Part shown: positions 1-8,828 of the stretch, piece by piece
How positions within the stretch are numbered: position 1 is the stretch's first letter
How the letters are laid out: each line of letters starts with the position of its first letter
Assembly (NCBI RefSeq): GCF_001677475.2
Contig: NZ_CP015229.1
DNA length: 64,000 nt
DNA from: Escherichia coli
GTDB lineage: Bacteria > Pseudomonadota > Gammaproteobacteria > Enterobacterales > Enterobacteriaceae
Direction: 5' to 3' (one strand)
The notes under the pieces: generated by a model
Databases searched by the model: none
What the model was told of the DNA's origin: nothing
Seen by the model: the letters and a program-made list of their open reading frames with translations, nothing else
Position numbers and translations under genes: made by a program

Positions 1-1
1 T

Positions 2-298
2 AAACCGCTTTTCGCGCTGATAGATGCGATGAACGAAGCTCTCGACAAGCAACGCTGGCGACGTCTTCCGGCGCTGCATCAGCAGTTGATGCGTCAGTTT
101 CACGATTACGCGGCGGCTGAAACTGACGCGCAACAGCTTGGTGCGGTGAAATCGCAACTTCATGCCGCGTTTAGCGCATTAATTGCCCGCCGCGAGCAGC
201 GTGCCGACGTGCTGAAAGCGCGCATGGAGCTGCATCAGCAGCGCCAGGAAGGCGTGCTGGCCTACTCAATTGTTCATTTACTTTCGGAGAAGCCATGA
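2..298 (+). CDS. lafD: Lateral flagellar (Flag-2) protein, LafD-like; 5' end probably lies upstream of the window
   Basis: Frame is open back to base 2; stop overlaps the next gene's ATG (ATGA at 295-298); sits directly upstream of FliK/FliL/sigma-28/MotA/MotB homologues. Name assigned by position only. Confidence 0.45.
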   Translation, partial: KPLFALIDAMNEALDKQRWRRLPALHQQLMRQFHDYAAAETDAQQLGAVKSQLHAAFSALIARREQRADVLKARMELHQQRQEGVLAYSIVHLLSEKP

Positions 299-1356
299 AT
301 CCGGCATTGCTTGCCACGCTCGGAACGCTTGCGGAAACCGCGTCTCTGAAAACGGATATTTTACCGCCGGTGAGCGGTGAAAATGCGCCCGCGTTTACGC
401 TGCCGAAAATGGCAGTCGCGGCGGTGGCGGAGCGCGTTCATAGCGCGAAAACCAGTCAGCAACAAGCCACGCACCCGCAGGAGAACGATCCGGCAACGAT
501 GCAGGCCTTAATGGCGCTGTTACTGCCGCAACCTGCCGCGCCGCATCAGGACACGCCGCCGCCGCGAAACGTGGCGACATCGCCGGTTATCCAGCAACTG
601 ACGAAAGCGGTGGTGCAAAACGCGCCGCAACGCCCGACGCAACAGCAGGAACTCACGCCGTTGCCGCCGCAGTTGCAGGCGCTGGTGAGCCAGTTGCCGC
701 AGGTAAAACCGGATCAGCATGCCAGACTGGCGACTTACGCCAGTGAAGATTTACATGCCATTGCGCCGACGCAGCCGCGCGTCTCAACACAGCCAGCTCG
801 CCCGAAACCTGAACTAACCCGTGTGACCTCGCGCCCGCAGGTTGAGCGTAAAACGGAAAAAGTGCCGGACAGCGAACCGGTTATTGCGCGTGCGGTGTTG
901 CAGGATAAGACGCCGGAACTGGTCAGCGATCATCAGGAGATTGTCGCCAAACCAGCCACGCTTTCGATGGACGAACTGGGTGAAAAACTGACGACGCTTT
1001 TCAAAGATCAGATCCACTTTCAGCTCAACAAACAACAGCAGATCTCCACCATCCGTCTCGATCCACCGTCGCTTGGCAAGCTCGAGATCGCCGTACAACT
1101 CGACAACGGCAAACTGATGGTGCACATCGGCGCGAACCAAAGTGAAGTTTGCCGCGCGTTACAGCAGTTTAGCGACGATCTCCGCCAGCATCTGACGGCG
1201 CAAAATTTTATGGAGGTGAACGTACAGGTTTCCTCCGAAGGGCAGTCGCAGCAACAACAACAGTCGGGCCATCAGCAGGAAGAGGTGAGTGCCGCCTTAC
1301 AGCTTGATGATGCGCCTCAATTTCAACAGAACGAATCCGTTTTGATCAAAGTGTAA
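295..1356 (+). CDS. lafE: Flagellar hook-length control protein, FliK-like (Flag-2 LafE)
   Basis: 353 aa, Pro/Gln-rich central region typical of FliK, conserved C-terminal part; start overlaps upstream stop. Confidence 0.7.
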   Translation: MNPALLATLGTLAETASLKTDILPPVSGENAPAFTLPKMAVAAVAERVHSAKTSQQQATHPQENDPATMQALMALLLPQPAAPHQDTPPPRNVATSPVIQQLTKAVVQNAPQRPTQQQELTPLPPQLQALVSQLPQVKPDQHARLATYASEDLHAIAPTQPRVSTQPARPKPELTRVTSRPQVERKTEKVPDSEPVIARAVLQDKTPELVSDHQEIVAKPATLSMDELGEKLTTLFKDQIHFQLNKQQQISTIRLDPPSLGKLEIAVQLDNGKLMVHIGANQSEVCRALQQFSDDLRQHLTAQNFMEVNVQVSSEGQSQQQQQSGHQQEEVSAALQLDDAPQFQQNESVLIKV

Positions 1357-1363
1357 AGGCAAT

Positions 1364-1831
1364 ATGAAGAAAATCGTGGTGGCGGGCGTGGTCAGCGCCG
1401 TTCTGGCGTTGGTGGTGGGGGCCGGAGCTGGATGGAGTGTCTGGCATCATTATGCTGGAAAAGGAAAACCGACTGCCGCCGCGCAGACGGAAACGGTGGA
1501 AACCCTGGATGAAAGTAAAAGCGTGTTTGTGACGTTGCCGGAAACCATTGTCACGCTGCATGACAACAACGGCGCGGACCATTATTTGTCGGCGGAATTA
1601 GTGATGGTAGTCGCCAGTGACAAAGAAGCGGAAAAAATAAAACATCAGGAGCCGCTGTATCAAAGTATTGCAGTTGAATGCCTGACGGAAATGAAATTTG
1701 AAGATTTGCGTGGCATGAAAATATCTGCCATCCGCAAACTGATTTCTGACGCGTTAAAGAAAGATCTTCAGCGTCGCAAAATGAGCGCACCGTATAAGGA
1801 TTTGCTGGTGAAAAAAGTGGTCTTCCAGTAA
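1364..1831 (+). CDS. lafF: Flagellar basal-body-associated protein, FliL-like (LafF)
   Basis: 155 aa, N-terminal transmembrane helix (IVVAGVVSAVLALVVGAG), FliL-like size, position between fliK-like and sigma-28-like genes. Confidence 0.65.
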   Translation: MKKIVVAGVVSAVLALVVGAGAGWSVWHHYAGKGKPTAAAQTETVETLDESKSVFVTLPETIVTLHDNNGADHYLSAELVMVVASDKEAEKIKHQEPLYQSIAVECLTEMKFEDLRGMKISAIRKLISDALKKDLQRRKMSAPYKDLLVKKVVFQ

Positions 1832-1850
1832 TCACCAGGCGGATATAAAT

Positions 1851-2567
1851 ATGCTACAGGATGTATTCGAGTCAGAAGAATTTGCTGCCACACCGGTATT
1901 AACCCCGCAGCAGGAGAGCCACTACTTGCAGGCCTATTTACCGTTGGTGCGTAAAGTGGTGCGGCAACTTGCCCCGCAGTGTAATTGCATTATTGACCGT
2001 CAGGATATGGAACAAACGGCGTTAATGGGGCTGCTTAACGCCATTCGTCGCTATGGGCAGCCGGATGAAGGTTTTGCGGGCTATGCCGTGCACCGTATTC
2101 GCGGCGCGATCCTGGATGAGCTGCGCGCTCTCGACTGGCGACCGCGCCAGCTGCGACAGAAATATCATCAGATGAAAGACCTGATTCGCGAAACGCGTAA
2201 AAAACTGGGTCACGAACCGGAGTGGTCAGAACTGGCCGTGGAAGGGATCTCGCATGAAGATTATCTCGAATATCAGCAACTGGAAGGGGCGGAAACACTC
2301 GCCAGTCTGGACGAACTGCTGAACGGTGAAGGGGCAGGCATTCCGCTTGTTGGCAGGGAACTGGAAGATCAGTTTGTCACCCAGCAAATGTTGCAACAGG
2401 CGCTTTCACAATTAAGCGAAAAAGAGCAACTGATCCTCTCCATGTATTACCAGCATGAGATGAATCTCAAAGATATTGCGCTGGTATTAGGGCTAACCGA
2501 GGCCCGAATTTGTCAACTGAATAAACAGATCGCGCAGAAAATTCGTGATTTTGTCTATCCGAATTAA
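1851..2567 (+). CDS. lafS: Sigma-28 (FliA-family) sigma factor for the lateral flagellar system (LafS)
   Basis: 238 aa; sigma-70 region 2-like segment and region 4 HTH (LSEKEQLILSMYYQHEMNLKDIALVLGLTEARICQL). Confidence 0.85.
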   Translation: MLQDVFESEEFAATPVLTPQQESHYLQAYLPLVRKVVRQLAPQCNCIIDRQDMEQTALMGLLNAIRRYGQPDEGFAGYAVHRIRGAILDELRALDWRPRQLRQKYHQMKDLIRETRKKLGHEPEWSELAVEGISHEDYLEYQQLEGAETLASLDELLNGEGAGIPLVGRELEDQFVTQQMLQQALSQLSEKEQLILSMYYQHEMNLKDIALVLGLTEARICQLNKQIAQKIRDFVYPN

Positions 2568-2579
2568 AGTGAAGAAATT

Positions 2580-3443
2580 ATGCAAAAAATATTAGGTTTA
2601 CTGGTGGTGCTCGGCTGCGTATTTGGCGGTTATTTTGAAGCGGGCGGGCAATTAGTGGCTATCTGGCAACCGGCGGAGATGATCATTATTTTGGGTGCCG
2701 GTTTCGGGGCGATGATTATTGGTAACCCGAAACATGTGCTGAAAGAGATTGCCCATCAAATTAAAGGCGTGATCAGTAAAAAACAGCTTGGGCCGGAATT
2801 TCAGCGCCAGCTATTAATGTGCCTGTATGAGTTGCTCGAAATGGTGCAAAACGGCGGCCTGCGCATGCTGGATCAGCATATCGAGCAGCCGGAGGAGAGC
2901 ACTATTTTCCAGAAATACCCGCTGGTGTTAACCCAGAAACGGCTGGTGACCTTTATTGCCGATAACTTTCGCCTGATGGCGATGGGTAAGATTGACGCTC
3001 ATGAACTGGAAGGCATTCTCGATCAGGAACTGGACACCGCTGAAGAGTCGCTGTTAACGCCGTCGCGCTCGCTGCAACGTACCGCCGAAGCGATGCCGGG
3101 ATTTGGTATTTGTGCAGCAGTGTTGGGGATCATCATCACCATGCAGTCGATTGATGGATCTATCGCCCTGATTGGCCTGAAAGTGGCGGCAGCGCTGGTA
3201 GGGACGTTTTTAGGCGTCTTTATCTGCTACTGCCTGATGGACCCGCTCGCCAACGCCATGGAACAACAGGCGCGGGCGGAGCATTCATTGTTGGAGTGCG
3301 TGCGTACCGTGCTGGTGGCGCAGGCGGGCGGTAAACCGACGCTGCTGGCGGTGGACGCCGGGCGTAAGCTGCTGCATCTGGCGTCCAAACCGACCTTCGC
3401 CAACCTCGACGCGTGGGTGAATGCGATGCTGGAGCAAGAATAA
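2580..3443 (+). CDS. lafT: Flagellar stator protein, MotA-like (LafT)
   Basis: 287 aa, multiple transmembrane helices, MotA/TolQ/ExbB-type C-terminal membrane segment; immediately followed by a MotB-like gene. Confidence 0.8.
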   Translation: MQKILGLLVVLGCVFGGYFEAGGQLVAIWQPAEMIIILGAGFGAMIIGNPKHVLKEIAHQIKGVISKKQLGPEFQRQLLMCLYELLEMVQNGGLRMLDQHIEQPEESTIFQKYPLVLTQKRLVTFIADNFRLMAMGKIDAHELEGILDQELDTAEESLLTPSRSLQRTAEAMPGFGICAAVLGIIITMQSIDGSIALIGLKVAAALVGTFLGVFICYCLMDPLANAMEQQARAEHSLLECVRTVLVAQAGGKPTLLAVDAGRKLLHLASKPTFANLDAWVNAMLEQE

Positions 3444-3445
3444 GC

Positions 3446-4369
3446 ATGAGAAAGACGGGCAACCGCCGCGAGCGTGGGGCAAAAACCACCATCGTCCGGC
3501 GGCAGATCAAAAAGAATCATGCCGGGCATCACGGCGGGGCGTGGAAGGTGGCGTTTGCCGACTTTACTTTGGCAATGATGGCGCTGTTTATGACCCTGTG
3601 GATTGTCAACAGCGTCAGTAAATCCGAGCGTGAAAGTATTATCGCCGCGCTGCACGGGCAGTCGATTTTTAACGGTGGCGGGCTGTCGCCGTTAAATAAA
3701 ATCAGCCCGCCTCATCCGCCGAAACCTGCCACCGTGGCGGTGCCGGAAGAGACGGAGAAGAAAGCGCGCGACGTCAACGAGAAAACGGCGCTACTGAAGA
3801 AGAAATCTGCCACCGAGCTTGGAGAGCTGGCAACCAGTATCAACACCATTGCCCGTGATGCGCATATGGAAGCGAATCTGGAGATGGAGATTGTCCCGCA
3901 GGGATTACGCGTGCTGATTAAAGACGACCAGAACCGCAATATGTTTGAACGCGGCAGCGCGAAGATTATGCCGTTCTTTAAAACGCTGCTGGTGGAGTTA
4001 GCGCCAGTGTTCGACTCGCTCGATAACAAAATTATTATTACCGGGCATACTGATGCGATGGCCTACAAAAGCAATATCTACAACAACTGGAACCTTTCGG
4101 GCGATCGCGTGCTTTCGGCCCGTCGGGTGCTGGAAGAGGCCGGAATGCCGGAAGATAAAGTGATGCAGGTGAGCGCGATGGCGGACCAGATGTTGCTGGA
4201 TGCCAAAAATCCGCAAAGCGCGGGCAACCGGCGCATTGAGATTATGGTGCTGACTAAAAGCGCGTCCGATACGCTGTATCAATACTTTGGTCAGCATGGG
4301 GATAAAGTGGTGCAGCCGCTGGTGCAAAAGCTGGATAAGCAGCAGGCGCTTTCGCAGCGAACGCGTTAA
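3446..4369 (+). CDS. lafU: Flagellar stator protein, MotB-like with OmpA-type peptidoglycan-binding domain (LafU)
   Basis: Single N-terminal TM (WKVAFADFTLAMMALFMTLWIV) and C-terminal OmpA-like domain (IITGHTDAMAY...NRRIEIMV). Start chosen at the ATG 3446, 2 nt after the lafT stop; the longest ORF begins at 3413. Confidence 0.8.
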   Translation: MRKTGNRRERGAKTTIVRRQIKKNHAGHHGGAWKVAFADFTLAMMALFMTLWIVNSVSKSERESIIAALHGQSIFNGGGLSPLNKISPPHPPKPATVAVPEETEKKARDVNEKTALLKKKSATELGELATSINTIARDAHMEANLEMEIVPQGLRVLIKDDQNRNMFERGSAKIMPFFKTLLVELAPVFDSLDNKIIITGHTDAMAYKSNIYNNWNLSGDRVLSARRVLEEAGMPEDKVMQVSAMADQMLLDAKNPQSAGNRRIEIMVLTKSASDTLYQYFGQHGDKVVQPLVQKLDKQQALSQRTR

Positions 4370-4405
4370 ATGCTGAATCTTTACGCATTTCTCAAACCCT
4401 GAAAT

Positions 4406-4425
4406 CACTGTATACTTTACCAGTG
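4406..4425 (+). promoter_or_regulatory. LexA (SOS) box upstream of dinB
   Basis: CACTGTATACTTTACCAGTG fits CTG-N10-CAG, about 15 bp upstream of the dinB ATG. Confidence 0.85.
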
Positions 4426-4439
4426 TTGAGAGGTGAGCA

Positions 4440-5495
4440 ATGCGTAAAATCATTCATGTGGATATGGACTGCTTTTTCGCCGCGGTGGAGATGCGCGACA
4501 ATCCCGCCCTGCGCGATATCCCTATTGCTATTGGCGGCAGCCGCGAACGTCGGGGGGTGATCAGCACCGCCAATTATCCTGCGCGTAAATTTGGCGTACG
4601 TAGCGCTATGCCGACAGGGATGGCGCTCAAATTATGCCCACATCTCACCTTGCTTCCGGGGCGCTTTGACGCCTACAAAGAAGCCTCAAATCATATCCGT
4701 GAAATCTTCTCGCGCTACACCTCGCGCATTGAACCGTTGTCACTGGATGAAGCCTATCTCGATGTCACCGATAGCGTCCATTGCCACGGTTCTGCGACCC
4801 TCATCGCCCAGGAAATCCGCCAGACGATCTTCAACGAGCTGCAACTGACGGCGTCTGCGGGCGTGGCACCAGTAAAGTTTCTCGCCAAAATCGCCTCCGA
4901 CATGAATAAACCCAACGGCCAGTTTGTGATTACGCCGGCAGAAGTTCCGGCATTTTTACAAACCTTGCCGCTGGCAAAAATTCCCGGCGTCGGCAAAGTC
5001 TCGGCGGCAAAACTGGAAGCGATGGGGCTACGGACCTGCGGTGATGTGCAAAAGTGTGATCTGGTGATTCTGCTTAAACGCTTTGGCAAATTTGGCCGCA
5101 TTTTGTGGGAGCGTAGTCAGGGGATTGACGAGCGCGACGTTAACAGTGAACGGTTGCGAAAATCCGTCGGCGTGGAACGCACGATGGCGGAAGATATTCA
5201 TCACTGGTCTGAATGTGAAGCGATTATCGAGCGGCTGTATCCTGAACTTGAACGCCGTCTGGCAAAGGTAAAACCTGATTTACTGATTGCCCGCCAGGGG
5301 GTGAAATTAAAGTTCGATGATTTTCAGCAAACCACTCAGGAGCATGTCTGGCCGCGGCTGAATAAAGCTGACTTAATCGCCACCGCGCGTAAAACCTGGG
5401 ATGAACGCCGTGGCGGGCGCGGTGTGCGTCTGGTGGGGCTGCATGTGACGTTGCTTGACCCGCATATGGAAAGACAACTGGTGCTGGGATTATGA
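4440..5495 (+). CDS. dinB: DNA polymerase IV (Y-family translesion polymerase)
   Basis: 351 aa; N-terminus [33 protein letters not shown] is the E. coli DinB sequence as recalled. Confidence 0.97.
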   Translation: MRKIIHVDMDCFFAAVEMRDNPALRDIPIAIGGSRERRGVISTANYPARKFGVRSAMPTGMALKLCPHLTLLPGRFDAYKEASNHIREIFSRYTSRIEPLSLDEAYLDVTDSVHCHGSATLIAQEIRQTIFNELQLTASAGVAPVKFLAKIASDMNKPNGQFVITPAEVPAFLQTLPLAKIPGVGKVSAAKLEAMGLRTCGDVQKCDLVILLKRFGKFGRILWERSQGIDERDVNSERLRKSVGVERTMAEDIHHWSECEAIIERLYPELERRLAKVKPDLLIARQGVKLKFDDFQQTTQEHVWPRLNKADLIATARKTWDERRGGRGVRLVGLHVTLLDPHMERQLVLGL

Positions 5496-5546
5496 TGTAT
5501 ACTATTATGTCTATTCTGGTGTGCATTATTATGAGGGGATCACTGT

Positions 5547-5840
5547 ATGCATCGAATTCTCGCTGAAAAATCGGTCAATATCACTGAGTTACGTAAAAAC
5601 CCAGCTAAATACTTTATTGATCAACCGGTTGCGGTTCTTTCTAATAATCGCCCCGCAGGATATCTCTTAAGTGCCAGCGCATTTGAAGCGTTAATGGACA
5701 TGCTTGCTGAACAAGAGGAGAAAAAACTGGTGAAGGCGCGCTTCCGTCCGAGTGCCGCAAGATTAGAGGAAATTACACGCCGCGCTGAACAATATCTTAA
5801 TGATATGACGGATGATGATTTCAATGACTTTAAGGAATAA
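5547..5840 (+). CDS. yafN: Type II antitoxin YafN
   Basis: 97 aa, Phd/YefM-like antitoxin, immediately upstream of yafO in the dinB operon. Confidence 0.88.
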   Translation: MHRILAEKSVNITELRKNPAKYFIDQPVAVLSNNRPAGYLLSASAFEALMDMLAEQEEKKLVKARFRPSAARLEEITRRAEQYLNDMTDDDFNDFKE

Positions 5841-5842
5841 GG

Positions 5843-6241
5843 ATGCGGGTATTCAAAACAAAACTTATTCGCCTGCAACTTACAGCAGAGGAACTTGATG
5901 CGTTAACGGCGGATTTTATTTCCTATAAGCGTGACGGTGTTTTGCCAGATATATTTGGTCGCGATGCACTCTACGACGACTCGTTTACCTGGCCATTAAT
6001 CAAATTTGAGCGAGTTGCTCATATTCATCTGGCAAATGTGAATAATCCATTTCCGTCACAGTTGCGCCAATTCAGCAGAACGAATGACGAAGCGCATTTG
6101 GTATATTGTCAGGGTGCGTTTGATGAGCAAGCATGGTTGCTCATTGCCATTCTGAAACCTGAACCTCATAAACTGGCTCGAGATAACAACCAAATGCATA
6201 AAATTGGGAAAATGGCAGAAGCGTTTCGCATGCGTTTTTGA
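5843..6241 (+). CDS. yafO: Type II toxin YafO (ribosome-dependent mRNA interferase)
   Basis: 132 aa, 2 nt after the yafN stop; conserved dinB-yafN-yafO-yafP order. Confidence 0.88.
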   Translation: MRVFKTKLIRLQLTAEELDALTADFISYKRDGVLPDIFGRDALYDDSFTWPLIKFERVAHIHLANVNNPFPSQLRQFSRTNDEAHLVYCQGAFDEQAWLLIAILKPEPHKLARDNNQMHKIGKMAEAFRMRF

Positions 6242-6250
6242 ATTTATATT

Positions 6251-6703
6251 ATGAATAACATACAAATAAGAAACTATCAGCCTGGCGATTTTCAGCAACT
6301 ATGCGCTATTTTCCTTAGAGCGGTTACGATGACCGCCAGTCAGCATTATTCACCACAACAAATTGCCGCCTGGGCGCAGATTGACGAATCTCGCTGGAAG
6401 GATAAACTCGCGAAATCACAAGTGCGGGTTGCCATCATTAATGCACAACCGGTTGGTTTTATTTCCCGCATTGAACATTATATCGATATGTTATTTGTTG
6501 ACCCTGAATACACCCGCCGTGGGGTTGCCAGCGCTTTGTTAAAACCTTTGATTAAGTCTGAATCCGAACTTACAGTGGACGCCAGCATAACCGCAAAACC
6601 ATTTTTTGAACGTTATGGTTTTCAGACAGTTAAGCAGCAGCGCGTTGAATGCCGGGGAGCGAGGTTTACTAATTTTTATATGCGTTATAAACAGCAACAT
6701 TAA
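6251..6703 (+). CDS. yafP: GNAT-family N-acetyltransferase YafP
   Basis: 150 aa, GNAT-like motif region (RRGVASALL); last gene of the dinB operon. Confidence 0.88.
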   Translation: MNNIQIRNYQPGDFQQLCAIFLRAVTMTASQHYSPQQIAAWAQIDESRWKDKLAKSQVRVAIINAQPVGFISRIEHYIDMLFVDPEYTRRGVASALLKPLIKSESELTVDASITAKPFFERYGFQTVKQQRVECRGARFTNFYMRYKQQH

Positions 6704-6872
6704 ATCCAGCTTGCAATGAAAATAACGCCCGCCTAATATGTGCGCGTTTTGTTATTCCACAAACTGCAAGGAGGTAAATCATGACAAATCCTTTATCAAT
6801 GACTCTTTGCAGACCTTTCCAGGATTAATTCTTTTTTTTCTTGCCCTGGATCCGTCTGCCATTTCCTGATTT

Positions 6873-7008
6873 TTATATTTATATACTCTAAATAATTCGA
6901 GTTGTAGGAAGGCGACAAGCGAGTGAATCCCTAGGAGCTTACGAAAGTAAGTGACTGGGGTGAACGAACGCAGTCGTAGTACATGCAACTTGAAGTATGA
7001 CGAGTATA
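6873..7008. repeat. ERIC/IRU element (enterobacterial repetitive intergenic consensus), copy 1
   Basis: Contains GTGAATCCCTAGGAGCTTAC and AAGTAAGTGACTGGGGTGAACG, matching the ERIC primer sites; imperfect palindrome; second copy at 25753-25880. Confidence 0.85.
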
Positions 7009-7009
7009 A

Positions 7010-8161
7010 ATGGAATGGTACATGGGCAAATATATTCGTCCCTTATCCGATGCGGTATTTACCATCGCATCTGATGACCTGTGGATCGAGAGTTTAGCGA
7101 TCCAACAATTACACACCACGGCAAATTTACCCAACATGCATCGCGTAGTGGGGATGCCAGATTTACACCCCGGACGTGGCTACCCGATTGGCGCAGCGTT
7201 CTTCTCCGTAGGTCGTTTTTACCCGGCGCTGGTCGGCAATGATATCGGCTGCGGCATGGCGCTATGGCAAACAGATATTCTCGTGCGCAAGTACAACGCC
7301 GATAAGTTTGAAAAGCGATTATCAGCTTTGGATGACGTTGCTGAAGAAAGCTGGCTGGAGGAAAACCTGCCGTCAGCGTTTGCACTACATCCGTGGCGCA
7401 GCTCGCTTGGCTCCATCGGCGGTGGCAATCACTTCGCTGAACTGCAACAGATTGATCAAATTATCGACGCGGAACTGTTTGCACTGGCAGGTCTGGATGC
7501 GCAGCATCTGCAACTGCTGGTTCATAGCGGATCGCGTGGTCTGGGGCAGTCTGTTTTACAAAAACATATTTCCACATTCTCGCATCATGGTTTGCCGGAA
7601 GGCAGTGATGACGCGATGCGCTATATCGTGGAACATGACGATGCGCTGGCGTTTGCTCGCATTAATCGCCAGATGATCGCCCTGCGCATAATGCAACAGG
7701 TGAAGGCTACGGGAAGTCCGGTTCTGGATGTGGCGCATAACTTCATTACCGCGAGTAAAATTGGCGATCAACAAGGCTGGTTACACCGTAAAGGGGCTGC
7801 GCCAGATGACAGTGGCCTGGTGGTTATCCCCGGTTCACGCGGTGATTACTCATGGCTTGTACAGCCTGTCAGTAGCGAAGAAATATTGCATTCGCTGGCG
7901 CATGGGGCAGGACGTAAATGGGGGCGCACCGAGTGCAAAGGACGGCTGGCAGCGAAATACACGGCGACGCAACTTACGCGTACTGAACTTGGCAGCAGGG
8001 TAATTTGTCGCGATAAACAGCTCATCTTTGAAGAGGCGCCGCAGGCCTATAAATCGGCAGAAAGCGTGGTGCAATGTCTGGTGCAGGCCGGTTTAATTAT
8101 TCCTGTCGCGCGGCTGCGCCCGGTGCTGACACTCAAAAACAGTGGAGGGAAAAAAGGATGA
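7010..8161 (+). CDS. RtcB-family RNA ligase paralogue (RtcB2-like), full length
   Basis: 383 aa; GGGNHF motif and HNF motif region typical of RtcB; stop overlaps the prfH start (ATGA at 8158-8161). The K-12 counterpart (ykfJ) is a pseudogene. Confidence 0.8.
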   Translation: MEWYMGKYIRPLSDAVFTIASDDLWIESLAIQQLHTTANLPNMHRVVGMPDLHPGRGYPIGAAFFSVGRFYPALVGNDIGCGMALWQTDILVRKYNADKFEKRLSALDDVAEESWLEENLPSAFALHPWRSSLGSIGGGNHFAELQQIDQIIDAELFALAGLDAQHLQLLVHSGSRGLGQSVLQKHISTFSHHGLPEGSDDAMRYIVEHDDALAFARINRQMIALRIMQQVKATGSPVLDVAHNFITASKIGDQQGWLHRKGAAPDDSGLVVIPGSRGDYSWLVQPVSSEEILHSLAHGAGRKWGRTECKGRLAAKYTATQLTRTELGSRVICRDKQLIFEEAPQAYKSAESVVQCLVQAGLIIPVARLRPVLTLKNSGGKKG

Positions 8162-8772
8162 TCTTGCTACAACTCTCCTCAGCCCAGGGACCGGAAGAAT
8201 GCTGCCTCGCAGTCAAAAAGGCGTTGGACAGGCTGATTAAAGAAGCATCCCAACAGCGTGTTGCGGTAACGGTGCTGGAGACAGAAACGGGCCGCTACTC
8301 TGATTCGCTGCGTTCAGCGCTGGTTTCTCTGGATGGCGACAACGCATGGGCATTAAGCGAAAGCTGGTGCGGCACTATTCAGTGGATTTGTCCGAGTCCG
8401 TATCGGCCTCATCATGGGCGCAAAAACTGGTTTCTGGGCATTGGGCGTTTTACCGCTGATGAGCAGGAACAATCGGATGCAATCCGTTATGAGACGCTGC
8501 GTTCGTCGGGGCCGGGCGGTCAACATGTCAATAAAACCGACTCGGCGGTACGCGCCACGCATCTGGCTACCGGAATTAGTGTGAAGGTTCAGTCAGAGCG
8601 CAGCCAGCATGCTAACAAACGGCTGGCGCGATTGCTGATCGCCTGGAAGCTGGAACAACAGCAACAGGAAAATAGCGCGGTGCTGAAATCGCAGCGGCGA
8701 ATGTTCCATCACCAGATTGAACGTGGCAACCCGCGACGGACATTTACAGGGATGGCTTTTATCGAAGGATAA
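8158..8772 (+). CDS. prfH: Peptide chain release factor homologue PrfH
   Basis: 204 aa from [15 protein letters not shown]; GGQ motif present ([17 protein letters not shown]); the longer ORF from 8074 overlaps rtcB and is taken as an extension artefact. Confidence 0.88.
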   Translation: MILLQLSSAQGPEECCLAVKKALDRLIKEASQQRVAVTVLETETGRYSDSLRSALVSLDGDNAWALSESWCGTIQWICPSPYRPHHGRKNWFLGIGRFTADEQEQSDAIRYETLRSSGPGGQHVNKTDSAVRATHLATGISVKVQSERSQHANKRLARLLIAWKLEQQQQENSAVLKSQRRMFHHQIERGNPRRTFTGMAFIEG

Positions 8773-8784
8773 TGAAGGATGAAA

Positions 8785-8817
8785 CTGCCGGAAGGCGATT
8801 AAACGCCATCCGGCAGC
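8785..8817. terminator. Bidirectional hairpin between convergent prfH and pepD
   Basis: Inverted repeat CTGCCGGAAGGCG...CGCCATCCGGCAG between two convergent stops. Confidence 0.6.
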
Positions 8818-8828
8818 AAATCAAATAA

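Noticed and set aside
520-720. 66-aa Arg-rich minus-strand ORF inside lafE
   Set aside because: Antisense to a well-supported FliK-like gene; its composition comes from reading the Pro/Gln-rich region on the opposite strand; no start-site support.
3227-3655. 142-aa minus-strand ORF spanning the lafT/lafU junction
   Set aside because: Overlaps two well-supported stator genes on the opposite strand; low-complexity translation.
8074-8157. Longer prfH ORF starting at 8074 (232 aa)
   Set aside because: The extra 28 codons overlap the end of the rtcB-like gene and carry no release-factor similarity; the ATG at 8158 gives the conserved N-terminus and an ATGA coupling with rtcB.
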